The position numbers were made by a program, and so were the translations under genes. From positions 21,128 through 85,127 of the forward strand of contig DHEH01000015.1 of NCBI GenBank assembly GCA_002399785.1: a stretch of DNA of 64,000 bases, in the 5' to 3' direction. The stretch comes from Bacillales bacterium UBA4855 (GTDB taxonomy: Bacteria > Bacillota_I > Bacilli_A > RFN20 > CAG-826). Positions 45,076 through 54,267 of the stretch are shown one piece after another. Positions within the stretch are counted from its first letter, which is position 1, and the number at the start of each line of letters is the position of its first letter. A model generated the notes under the pieces. The model ran no database searches and was not told the origin of the DNA. It was given only the letters and a program-made list of their open reading frames with translations.

Positions 45076-45745
45076 TGATCGAACAAAAAAATTGTTAGGA
45101 GAAGATAACTTTGGTAAGTTAAAGGGTTTTAATATTTGTGTGATCGGTCTAGGCGGCGTTGGTTCAATTGTTCCAATTGCATTAGTTAGAAGCGGTATTG
45201 TGAATTTAACAATGATTGATAGGGATGTTGTTGATTCTTCTAATTTAAATAGACAAATAGCTTATGAAGAAAACGATATAGGTTTGTTAAAAAGTGAAGC
45301 ACTTAAACGAAAGCTAAATTTTATAAGAAAAAATGTAAATATCGTTGCCAACCCCCTTTCAATTGACGATAATTTTGATTTTAATATTCTCAAACAATTT
45401 GATTATGTTTGTGATTGTATTGATGATATAAAAGCTAAAATTTTGTTAATTTCTTATTGTATAAATAATGGTATAAATATTATTAGTAGTTTAGGGATGG
45501 GGAATAGAATTGACCCTTCTAACATTGTTGTTACAAAATTAAATAAAACTACCATCGACCCTTTAGCAAAAAAACTTAGATATGAACTTAGAAAAGAAAA
45601 TGTTGATATTGATAAGATTAATGTCGTTTTTTCAAAAAACGAGCCAATAATTAAGTCTAATGTCGTTAGTTCTATGGTTTTCGTTCCAAACTCTGCTGGC
45701 TTATTAATGGCTAGTTTTGTTATAGAGGATTTATTAAAAAAATAA
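45065..45745 (+). CDS. tcdA: ThiF/E1-like tRNA threonylcarbamoyladenosine dehydratase TcdA
   Basis: VIGLGGVGS...LTMIDRDVVDSSNLNRQ is an E1-like fold, and the protein has the short TcdA-type length. Confidence 0.75.
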   Translation: MTYDDRTKKLLGEDNFGKLKGFNICVIGLGGVGSIVPIALVRSGIVNLTMIDRDVVDSSNLNRQIAYEENDIGLLKSEALKRKLNFIRKNVNIVANPLSIDDNFDFNILKQFDYVCDCIDDIKAKILLISYCINNGINIISSLGMGNRIDPSNIVVTKLNKTTIDPLAKKLRYELRKENVDIDKINVVFSKNEPIIKSNVVSSMVFVPNSAGLLMASFVIEDLLKK

Positions 45746-45755
45746 AGGAGGAAAT

Positions 45756-47372
45756 ATGAAGTTACTTAAGATTCAAAATGTCGCAAAAAAAATAGGTATT
45801 GGTGATGATTATTTAGAAATGTATGGTGATTTGAAAGCGAAGATAAAACCAACTTTTTATTCAGAAGTAAAGAATAATAAGGATGGTAAACTTGTTTTGG
45901 TCACAGCGATTACTCCAACAAAAGCGGGTGAAGGAAAAACTACGACAAGTATCGCTTTATTAGACGGTTTAGCTAAAATTAAACAAAAGGCTTTATTGTG
46001 TTTAAGAGAACCTTCGATGGGTCCTGTTTTTGGTCTAAAAGGCGGAGCTTGTGGTGGCGGTAAAGTTACTATTGAACCAAGCGAAGATATTAACTTACAT
46101 TTTACTGGTGATATGCATGCACTAACTAGTTCAATTAATTTAATTAGTGCTGTTATTGATAATCATATTTATCAAGGCAATGAATTGAATATCGATCCAA
46201 ATAAAGTAGTTTGGAATCGTGCTTTAGATATGAATGATCGTGAATTAAGAGAAATTAATATTGGCTTAGGAAGTAAAGTGAATGGCATCCAAAGAACTGA
46301 TCATTTTGAAATCACAGTTGCTAGTGAATTGATGGCAATTTTGTGTATTAGCGAAGATGCATCAGATTTTAGAAAAAGGATTGGAAATATTCTTGTAGCC
46401 TACACTTTCGACGATAAACCAGTCTTTTTAAGAGAGCTTCGAATCACAAATGCGATTATGAAGTTAATGCGTGATGCTTTAAAACCAAATATTGTTCAGA
46501 CACAAGAAGGAAATCCATGCTTTGTTCATGGCGGCCCTTTTGCAAATATTGCTCATGGTTGCAGTTCTTTGATAGCTACAAAGTTAGCTTTAAAGATCTC
46601 TCCAATTGTTATTACTGAAGCCGGTTTTGCTGCTGATTTAGGCGCTGAAAAGTTTTTAGATATTACATCTCGTGTTGGAAAATTGCATCCAGATTGTGCA
46701 GTTTTGGTTGCAACAATACGAGCTTTAAAAATGCATGGTGGTGTTGAATTCGAGGATTTAGGAAAAGAAAATATATCTGCATTAAAGGAAGGTATTAAAA
46801 ATCTTGAGCAACATTACGAAAATTTAAGAAAGTACAATATTCCTATTGTTATCGCTATTAATCATTTTTCGTCCGATACGGATGCGGAAGTTAAAACACT
46901 TGAAGATTGGTGTAACTTAATGGATTATAAATTTGCATTTGCGGATGGATTTGTTAATGGCGGAGCTGGATCTGTTGAATTAGCTAATAAAGTATTAGAA
47001 GCGCTTGAAACCAAAAAATCTAATTATGAACCAATTTATGACGTTAACAATTCAATTAAAAAGAAAATTGAGATAATTTCAAAAGAAATTTATAGAGCCA
47101 AAAATGTAGTTTATACTGAAAAAGCTGAAGAGGATATAAAGAGAATTGAAGCGTTAGGAAGAGATAAACTTGTTGTTTGCATGGCTAAAACGCCATTAAG
47201 TTTTAGCGATAATCCTAAATTAAAAAACACTCCAAAAGATTTTGATATAACTGTTAAAGAAGTGAAGTTATCAAATGGAGCGGAATTTATCGTTGCTTTA
47301 TGTGGAAATATTTTGACAATGCCGGGTTTACCAAAAATTCCTGCTGCTGTTAAAATGGAAGATGAAAATTAA
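45756..47372 (+). CDS. fhs: Formate--tetrahydrofolate ligase
   Basis: Motifs seen: TPTKAGEGKTTTSI, EPSMGPVFGLKGGA and HGGPFANIAHG. Confidence 0.95.
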   Translation: MKLLKIQNVAKKIGIGDDYLEMYGDLKAKIKPTFYSEVKNNKDGKLVLVTAITPTKAGEGKTTTSIALLDGLAKIKQKALLCLREPSMGPVFGLKGGACGGGKVTIEPSEDINLHFTGDMHALTSSINLISAVIDNHIYQGNELNIDPNKVVWNRALDMNDRELREINIGLGSKVNGIQRTDHFEITVASELMAILCISEDASDFRKRIGNILVAYTFDDKPVFLRELRITNAIMKLMRDALKPNIVQTQEGNPCFVHGGPFANIAHGCSSLIATKLALKISPIVITEAGFAADLGAEKFLDITSRVGKLHPDCAVLVATIRALKMHGGVEFEDLGKENISALKEGIKNLEQHYENLRKYNIPIVIAINHFSSDTDAEVKTLEDWCNLMDYKFAFADGFVNGGAGSVELANKVLEALETKKSNYEPIYDVNNSIKKKIEIISKEIYRAKNVVYTEKAEEDIKRIEALGRDKLVVCMAKTPLSFSDNPKLKNTPKDFDITVKEVKLSNGAEFIVALCGNILTMPGLPKIPAAVKMEDEN

Positions 47373-47390
47373 ATAAAATTCTTTTAAGAA

Positions 47391-47434
47391 AAATAGCCTC
47401 GAACATACATCTTGTATGTGGAGGCTATTTTTTG
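47391..47434 (+). terminator. Rho-independent terminator after fhs, overlapping the RBS and TTG start of the next gene
   Basis: Outer stem AAATAGCCTC(47391-400)/GAGGCTATTT(47421-30), inner stem ACATACA/TGTATGT, then a T-run. Confidence 0.75.
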
Positions 47435-49438
47435 TTAGAAGTTAGTAAAGTAAGTAAAACATTTAAATTGGATTCAAAAACATCAATCAAGGTGTTGGAT
47501 GATGTTACTTTTACGTTACCTGATCAAGGACTGTTTTTCATATTTGGTAAAAGCGGAAGTGGAAAGTCCACTTTATTAAATATTTTAGAATTAATTTGTA
47601 CTCCTGATTTTGGAAATATATGTTTAGATGGAAAATCGTTATTAAAATTAAATAAAAAAGAGAAAAATAATCTTTTGAAGAATTATTGCGGAGTTTTATT
47701 TCAAGATTTCAATTTATTTGAAAATCTAACGATTAATGAAAATCTTGAAATTGTTATGAGAATTAAGGGTTGTATTGATTACGAAAGAAAAAATAAACTT
47801 ATTAAAAAATATGGATTAAGCAAATTATTGAATTCAAAAATTAACAAGCTTAGTGGTGGAGAAAAGCAAAGGGTTGCATTAATCAGAGCTCTTATTGGTA
47901 ACCCGAAAATAATATTTTGTGATGAACCGACCGGAGCATTGGATTATAAAAACTCTATAATGCTGATGAACGACTTAAAAGAAGTAAGTAAAGAAGCTTT
48001 AGTTATTGTGGTTTCGCATAATGAAAAATTAATTAAAGATTATAATGAAGGTTGTATTGAAATAGTCGACGGAATAGCGGTTTTACATAATATTAAATCA
48101 AAACAAAATAAACCTAAAAAATCTTTGAACAAGAAAAAAGAGAGAGGGTTTATAAGGTATTTCGCTTTTAAAAAATTAAAACTTAATATCAAAAAGAATT
48201 TAATATCGTTTCTTTCTTTATTTTTTGGAATAACAATTATATTGTCATCTATTTCATTTTTGATAGGTTTTAATACTGTTTCTAACAATTTAGAAAATAA
48301 TTTTCCAGATAATAATATTTTTGAAGTTTACAAAAATGAATATTATGATTCCTCTAACTCGAATATAAATTTAGTTAAAAAAGTGAGGCCAAATATCAAT
48401 ACTGTTAAAAATGTTTTTAACGTTTATAAAGATATCGACATCGTTCCTTCATTAAATTATTTTTTAGATAGTGATATTACTTTAAAAGTTTTAGGAAAAG
48501 AATTTAAAAATATTACATATTCTTTTTATTATAAAAATAGTTATTCAAAAAATATATATCTCAATCAATTCGCCGAAAATTTAATTTTAAAGAATAAAAT
48601 TTTAGGAATTAATTCGAATTTTTCTCTTAAAAAGAAAATAGAGTTATATGTGAAGGATGAAGAAAAAATAGTTAATGATAACTTTGTTTTTAATGAAGAT
48701 TTCATAATAAATAAGATAATTAACCAATTTACATACTTAAATGTGCCAAGAGTTTACTTGCCTTATAATTATTTATTAAACATATTGAAAAATTATTATC
48801 CGATGAATATTAGTAATGTTTTAGGGGTTCCTACAAACTATTATGAGTTGTTGATAAATTCAAAAAATGACGATGCTATCTCGTCTTATTCGTTTTTTGT
48901 AATTTCAAATAACGATCAAGAAAGAAAAGAAATATACAAATTAGCAGATTATTGCCAAAACACAAAAAACACAATTATCGATGTTCAAAATAATCCTCAC
49001 ACTTTATCAAAATCTTTTATAGATTTAACTAATTCTTTAATTATTGGTTTAAAAATCTTTCTGATAATAATATGTTTATGCAATGTTTTCTTGATTGGAT
49101 TTTTAACTTTTTCTAGTTTTAACAAATCAAGAAAAGAAACGGCTATATTAAAAGTGCTTGGTGTAAGAAATAGTTCGTTAAATGAATTATATGTTTTAGA
49201 ACAGTTCATCGTTTTACTATTTGCATTTCTAATTTCAACAATATCTTATGTAATAATTATAAATTTCGGTAATAATGTTACAAAATCTATATTTTTTTCT
49301 GATTTTTTGTTTGACTTTAATTTTGGAGTTTATTTATTAATCTTTTTAATTTTTATTATTTTAACAATTGTCTCTACCATGATTCCGATTTTGGTTAGTT
49401 CAAACATTGATGTTGCAAAGGAGTTAAAAGAAGAGTAA
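47432..49438 (+). CDS. MacB-type fused ABC protein: N-terminal LolD/MacB-like ATPase plus FtsX-type permease with an extracytoplasmic domain
   Basis: Motifs seen: GKSGSGKSTLLN, LSGGEKQRVALIRAL, IIFCDEPTGALD and VVSHN. One TM helix, a domain of about 240 aa, then three C-terminal FtsX-like TM helices. TTG start. Confidence 0.8.
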   Translation: MLEVSKVSKTFKLDSKTSIKVLDDVTFTLPDQGLFFIFGKSGSGKSTLLNILELICTPDFGNICLDGKSLLKLNKKEKNNLLKNYCGVLFQDFNLFENLTINENLEIVMRIKGCIDYERKNKLIKKYGLSKLLNSKINKLSGGEKQRVALIRALIGNPKIIFCDEPTGALDYKNSIMLMNDLKEVSKEALVIVVSHNEKLIKDYNEGCIEIVDGIAVLHNIKSKQNKPKKSLNKKKERGFIRYFAFKKLKLNIKKNLISFLSLFFGITIILSSISFLIGFNTVSNNLENNFPDNNIFEVYKNEYYDSSNSNINLVKKVRPNINTVKNVFNVYKDIDIVPSLNYFLDSDITLKVLGKEFKNITYSFYYKNSYSKNIYLNQFAENLILKNKILGINSNFSLKKKIELYVKDEEKIVNDNFVFNEDFIINKIINQFTYLNVPRVYLPYNYLLNILKNYYPMNISNVLGVPTNYYELLINSKNDDAISSYSFFVISNNDQERKEIYKLADYCQNTKNTIIDVQNNPHTLSKSFIDLTNSLIIGLKIFLIIICLCNVFLIGFLTFSSFNKSRKETAILKVLGVRNSSLNELYVLEQFIVLLFAFLISTISYVIIINFGNNVTKSIFFSDFLFDFNFGVYLLIFLIFIILTIVSTMIPILVSSNIDVAKELKEE

Positions 49439-52222
49439 ATGATCAAAGTTAAAAACTTAAACAAGAATTTTGGATCAAAAATTATTTTAAATGATGTGAG
49501 TTACGAGTTTAAAGATAAAAATTTTTATTGTATTTTGGGTCAATCAGGATGTGGGAAAAGCACGTTATTAAATATTTTAAGTGGTTTAGATGTTAAATTT
49601 TCAGGTTTTATATCGTTCAAAGAAATGAACTATTTAAATGAAGAAAGAATTAGAATGATTAGGTCTAAATATTTTGGATATATATTTCAATCTTTTAATT
49701 TATTAGAAAATGCAACTGTTGTTGAAAATCTTAAAGTAGCAATCAATTCTACAACGAATAAAGAAAAAAAGATTGATAAAAATATTAATATTATTTTAAA
49801 AAAATTATCAATCGAAAACATAGCAAATAAATTAGTAAAAAACTTAAGTGGTGGAGAAAAACAAAGAGTAGCGATCGCCCGAGCTTTAATAAATAATCCA
49901 AAAGTTATATTTGCTGATGAGCCAACTGGTAGTTTGGATTCCAAAAATAGTGAAAATATTTTTTCTATTTTAAGAGACGTAAGTAAAAATATTTTGGTTA
50001 TTTGTGTAACGCATGATGGAAATTTGGCAAAAACTTATGCAGATTCAATATTAAAAATTATAGATGGTGATTTATGTGAGATAAATAATAAGCGAAAATT
50101 AAGTGTTAAAAAAGATTTCGATTTACCGACATACGAAAAAACAAATGAAAAACATTTTTCCCTTAAATTTATTTTTAATCATTGTAAAACTTTAATTAAA
50201 GAAAGAAAAATAAGATACATGATTTCGAATGCGTTTTTAGTATTTTCTTTATTAATTTTTGGTGTCAGTTGTTTATTAGGAAGCACAATCAAAAAAACAC
50301 TTACATCTTCTTTCGAAAATATTCTTGGCGATAATTTGATTATTTTAAAAAAGAAAATGGATAATTACGGGATTAAAGATTACTTAGCTTCTTCGTATGA
50401 AGAGATTAAATATATATCAGAAGATTATGCTGATTATATCGATTATATCGGAGTTAGTTACTTGAATAATTTTGAAACTTTCTTTCCTGATTCCAATGAT
50501 TTATACAATGTTTCTGTTAATCCTCAAGTTAAAATTAATGGATATAATTTGTCAAATTTTAATGAATTTACATATATGAAAGATTTTCAAAATATTGAAA
50601 CTTATCCAAATATTACTGCATTGAAAGATGACGAAATAGTTCTTGGAATGAATTTTCCTTTGCTAAAAGAACTGTGTTTAAGTCTTAATATTGTTAAGTC
50701 TTACGAATCGCTTGGTAGTTATATACAAAATAATGATTTTTTTGTAATGTTAAAATTAAAAAATGAATCTTGGGGTTATTATGATGAACAATTGTTTAGA
50801 GTAAAAGCAGTAGTTATGGACACTCTACCAAAAATTTATCATACAGATTCTTTATTTAATGAAAAATTATTAGAAGAAAATATGAGATTTTTTTCTTCAC
50901 TTGATTTAAAAAAGGAAGAGGATTTACCATGGATTTTAAAGAAAATTTATTATATTAAGACATTAAAGTTTCAAAATGAATTTTTAAATAAAATTCTATT
51001 TGATAAACGATATAAGGATAATCTCTTTGATAACGACTCTTCTTTTTATAATCCTAAAACTTTTAGTGAATCCATACCTTATACAAATAAACTATACGTA
51101 TATTCTACAATTACAGAGGGACTAAGTCTTTCGACCATAAAAGAAATTAAAGAGATTTTACCTGAAAATATAGATTGCTATTATTCTACTCCAGGCGGTT
51201 ATGTAAATTATGGTATGAGTTTGTTTAGTGGGTTTGCTTCTTCACTTTATGCTTGCAGTAACGAAGCTCCTTTAAAAGATTTTTGTGATAAATTTAGTAA
51301 TGTTAAAATTGAAGAACAGGATAATATTGTATGTCCAGAAAATATAGCTTTCGGAAGCGCATCAAAACCTTCAGAAGAAAATATTAAATTTAGTAGTGTT
51401 AATAATTTAGAAATAAACGGAAATTATCCTTCTAACATTTTAGAAGTTGGTATATCTAAAAAATTGGCAAATAAATTAGGTATTAAGGTGTGTGGAGAAA
51501 AAATTAGTTTAGCATTCAATACTTCTAATGAATCGTTAAGTAAATATGTTAGAAAAAAGTTTAATTACATTACTTTAACGGTTTCTGGAATTGTTAATAG
51601 TAATAATCATTGTTTGTATCATAATGATTTATTTTCCTTATCTCTGTTTAGAGATTTATTTAGAGTTTCTAATTTTAATTTATCCATTAATAGCGTAGTT
51701 TTTGAACTAAACGAAAAAGAAGAAAAAAACAGAATTTTAGAACTGAATTCAATGTTAAACGATTACGAATTTATCAATCCAATAGCTGATGTAGAAAAGA
51801 GTATTGATGAAATTTTATGGTATTTACAAATGATTTTGCAAATATATAGCCTTACAATTGTAATATTTGCCTCCATTATTTTAACAGTTATTTGCTGGGT
51901 AAATATAGATGAATTAAAAAGGGAGGTGGCAATGTTTACTTTGATCGGTTATTCAAAAAACGAAATTACAAAATTATATTTTATGATGAACTTAGTAAAT
52001 ATTGTAATTTGTTTAATATTATCGTTTGGTGGGCTTTTTACGACCGATTTTGTTGTAAGAAAATCTTTCTCCAGTATTCTTGGAGTTTCAAATAATTTTG
52101 TTTTTCCAACGCTTTCTATAGCTGTAATGATGGTTGAAACAGTTGGTTTTTTAATACTAATTTTGTTTTTGATTCGCAACTTTATTAACAAAAATGACTT
52201 GATTTCGTGTCTTCATAAATAA
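49439..52222 (+). CDS. MacB-type fused ABC protein (paralogue) with a roughly 500-aa extracytoplasmic domain
   Basis: Motifs seen: GQSGCGKSTLLN, LSGGEKQRVAIARAL, VIFADEPTGSLD and CVTHD. One TM helix, a long Asn/Tyr/Ser-rich domain, then an FtsX-like C-terminal TM bundle. It starts 1 nt after the preceding stop. Confidence 0.8.
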   Translation: MIKVKNLNKNFGSKIILNDVSYEFKDKNFYCILGQSGCGKSTLLNILSGLDVKFSGFISFKEMNYLNEERIRMIRSKYFGYIFQSFNLLENATVVENLKVAINSTTNKEKKIDKNINIILKKLSIENIANKLVKNLSGGEKQRVAIARALINNPKVIFADEPTGSLDSKNSENIFSILRDVSKNILVICVTHDGNLAKTYADSILKIIDGDLCEINNKRKLSVKKDFDLPTYEKTNEKHFSLKFIFNHCKTLIKERKIRYMISNAFLVFSLLIFGVSCLLGSTIKKTLTSSFENILGDNLIILKKKMDNYGIKDYLASSYEEIKYISEDYADYIDYIGVSYLNNFETFFPDSNDLYNVSVNPQVKINGYNLSNFNEFTYMKDFQNIETYPNITALKDDEIVLGMNFPLLKELCLSLNIVKSYESLGSYIQNNDFFVMLKLKNESWGYYDEQLFRVKAVVMDTLPKIYHTDSLFNEKLLEENMRFFSSLDLKKEEDLPWILKKIYYIKTLKFQNEFLNKILFDKRYKDNLFDNDSSFYNPKTFSESIPYTNKLYVYSTITEGLSLSTIKEIKEILPENIDCYYSTPGGYVNYGMSLFSGFASSLYACSNEAPLKDFCDKFSNVKIEEQDNIVCPENIAFGSASKPSEENIKFSSVNNLEINGNYPSNILEVGISKKLANKLGIKVCGEKISLAFNTSNESLSKYVRKKFNYITLTVSGIVNSNNHCLYHNDLFSLSLFRDLFRVSNFNLSINSVVFELNEKEEKNRILELNSMLNDYEFINPIADVEKSIDEILWYLQMILQIYSLTIVIFASIILTVICWVNIDELKREVAMFTLIGYSKNEITKLYFMMNLVNIVICLILSFGGLFTTDFVVRKSFSSILGVSNNFVFPTLSIAVMMVETVGFLILILFLIRNFINKNDLISCLHK

Positions 52223-52325
52223 AAATACTAAAAAAATAATGATAAACAAAAATAAAAGATATATACTAAAGACATGAATTTTAATTTTGTAAAAAATTTG
52301 AAGTTCGTAGGAAGGGTAGATTAAT

Positions 52326-52565
52326 ATGGCAAAGATAACTGGAAAAGTCAAGAAGTTCAACAAAGACAAAGGTTTTGGTTTCATTACCGGTGATGATGGA
52401 AAAGATTATTTCTTTCATTATTCATCTTTAAATGTTGAAGGTTTCAAGACTGTTAACGTCGGTGCTGCTGTCGAGTTCGAATCACAAGAAGGTGAACGTG
52501 GTCCTAGAGCTGCTGATATCAACGTCACAGATGCTAACAAAGCTCCAAAAGAAGAAGCTAAATAA
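52326..52565 (+). CDS. csp: Cold-shock protein (CspA family) with a short Lys/Glu-rich tail
   Basis: RNP-1 KGFGFI and RNP-2-like YFFHYS motifs. Confidence 0.9.
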   Translation: MAKITGKVKKFNKDKGFGFITGDDGKDYFFHYSSLNVEGFKTVNVGAAVEFESQEGERGPRAADINVTDANKAPKEEAK

Positions 52566-52591
52566 TATAGTATTTATTTATTGTACTTCAC

Positions 52592-52617
52592 AAGCCACTC
52601 TTTAGTGGCTTTTTTTT
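52592..52617 (+). terminator. Rho-independent terminator after csp
   Basis: AAGCCACT-cttt-AGTGGCTT followed by T7. Confidence 0.85.
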
Positions 52618-52675
52618 AATGAAAAAATATTAGAAATCATATATAATAAGTAATCGATTTAAGGTGGTATTAATT

Positions 52676-53779
52676 ATGGGTTTAAAGGCTGGTATAGTTG
52701 GGCTTCCAAACGTTGGCAAATCAACGCTTTTTAATGCAATTACAAATAGTCATGTTGAAGCCGCAAATTATCCATTCGCAACAATTAATCCAAATGTTGG
52801 TTCTGTTTTTGTTAAGGATAAAAGAGTTGACAATCTTTCAAAAATGTTTAATCCAAAAAGAACAATTTATACAACATTTGAATTTTATGATATTGCCGGT
52901 TTGGTTAAAGGTGCAAGTAAAGGCGAAGGTTTAGGAAACCAATTTTTAAGTAAAATTAGAGAAACTGATGCAATTATTGAAGTTGTTAGATGTTTTACAA
53001 ATAGCGATATAGTTCACGTTGAAAATTCTGTTGATCCAATTAGAGATATTGGAACAATTAACCTCGAGCTTATATTTTCTGATTTAGATACAGTTCAAAA
53101 TAGACTTGCAAAAGTTGAAAATAAAGCCAAAATTTCTAAAGATAAAGAAGCAATTGTCGAAACAAATGTTTTGACAAAATTAAAAGAACATTTAAACAAA
53201 GAAAAATCTGCAAGATCTCTTCAATTAACTGAAGAAGAGAGTAAGATTGTTAAAAATTATAACTTATTAACTATTAAACCAATTATTTATGTAGCAAATG
53301 TAAGCGATGAAGATTTACAAAATATAGATTCTTGTGAAAATTATTTAAAAGTTAGAGATTTTGCTGCTAAAGAGCATGCTCAATGCATCCCTATTTGCTG
53401 TGAAATTGAATCTGAACTTTCTAGTTATTCTCCTCAAGAAAAAGAAGAGTTTTTGGCTTCAATCGGAGCAAAAGAAAGTGGACTTGATTCTCTTGTTCAA
53501 TCAGCTTATAAATTATTGAATTTATCAACATTCTTTACTGTTGGTGCTGATGAAGTTAGAGCTCGGACATTTATTAACGGCATGTTAGCTCCTGATTGTG
53601 CAGGAATTATTCATACAGATTTTAAAAAGGGATTTATTAGAGCTGAAGTTTATAGTTACAATGATATTATGGTTTATAAAACTGAACAAGCTTTAAAAGA
53701 TGCCGGAAAATTAAGAATTGAAGGTAAAGATTATGTTGCAAAAGATGGCGATATTTTCTTCTTTAGGTTTAATGTTTAA
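52676..53779 (+). CDS. ychF: Ribosome-binding ATPase YchF
   Basis: GIVGLPNVGKSTLFNA, the TGS domain and the C-terminus. I prefer the ATG at 52676, after AAGGTGG, over the GTG at 52664. Confidence 0.95.
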   Translation: MGLKAGIVGLPNVGKSTLFNAITNSHVEAANYPFATINPNVGSVFVKDKRVDNLSKMFNPKRTIYTTFEFYDIAGLVKGASKGEGLGNQFLSKIRETDAIIEVVRCFTNSDIVHVENSVDPIRDIGTINLELIFSDLDTVQNRLAKVENKAKISKDKEAIVETNVLTKLKEHLNKEKSARSLQLTEEESKIVKNYNLLTIKPIIYVANVSDEDLQNIDSCENYLKVRDFAAKEHAQCIPICCEIESELSSYSPQEKEEFLASIGAKESGLDSLVQSAYKLLNLSTFFTVGADEVRARTFINGMLAPDCAGIIHTDFKKGFIRAEVYSYNDIMVYKTEQALKDAGKLRIEGKDYVAKDGDIFFFRFNV

Positions 53780-53781
53780 TT

Positions 53782-54267
53782 ATGATTAAAGTGGGATTTG
53801 CGAAAGATATTCACGAATTAAAGGAAGGATTTTCTTTGTTACTGGGTGGAATAAAGATTCCTAGTTCTAAAGGAGCCGTTTCTTATAGTGATGGTGATTG
53901 TTTAACCCATTCTATTATTGACGCATTATTAGGTGCTATTGGTAATAGCGATATCGGCGAAATGTTTAGTAATAAAGACCTTAAAAATAAGGGTAGATTA
54001 TCAATTGAAATGTTGAAAGAAGTTTTTGATATTATCGTTCAAGAAGGATTTATAATTAATAATATTGATTGTTTTATTTCGTTAGAAAAACCAAATTTGG
54101 GCGAATATAAAAAGTTAATTAAAAAGTCTTTAGCTGAAGTTCTACATTTAAAATTAGATCAAATCAGTATTAAAGCCGGAACGAACGAAGGCTTTGGTGC
54201 TGTTGGCGAAGAAAAAGCCATTGTTTGTTATTGTATATGTTCTTTGGAGGGAAAAGAAAATGAATAA
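53782..54267 (+). CDS. ispF: 2-C-methyl-D-erythritol 2,4-cyclodiphosphate synthase
   Basis: GFAKDIHEL and SDGDCLTHSIIDALLGA. The ispF-gltX order matches Bacillus. Confidence 0.85.
   Translation: MIKVGFAKDIHELKEGFSLLLGGIKIPSSKGAVSYSDGDCLTHSIIDALLGAIGNSDIGEMFSNKDLKNKGRLSIEMLKEVFDIIVQEGFIINNIDCFISLEKPNLGEYKKLIKKSLAEVLHLKLDQISIKAGTNEGFGAVGEEKAIVCYCICSLEGKENE

Noticed and set aside
52157-52384. 75-aa minus-strand ORF spanning the MacB-like gene end and the csp start
   Set aside because: It overlaps two well-supported plus-strand genes and an intergenic promoter region. Its hydrophobic, AT-driven translation makes it likely spurious.
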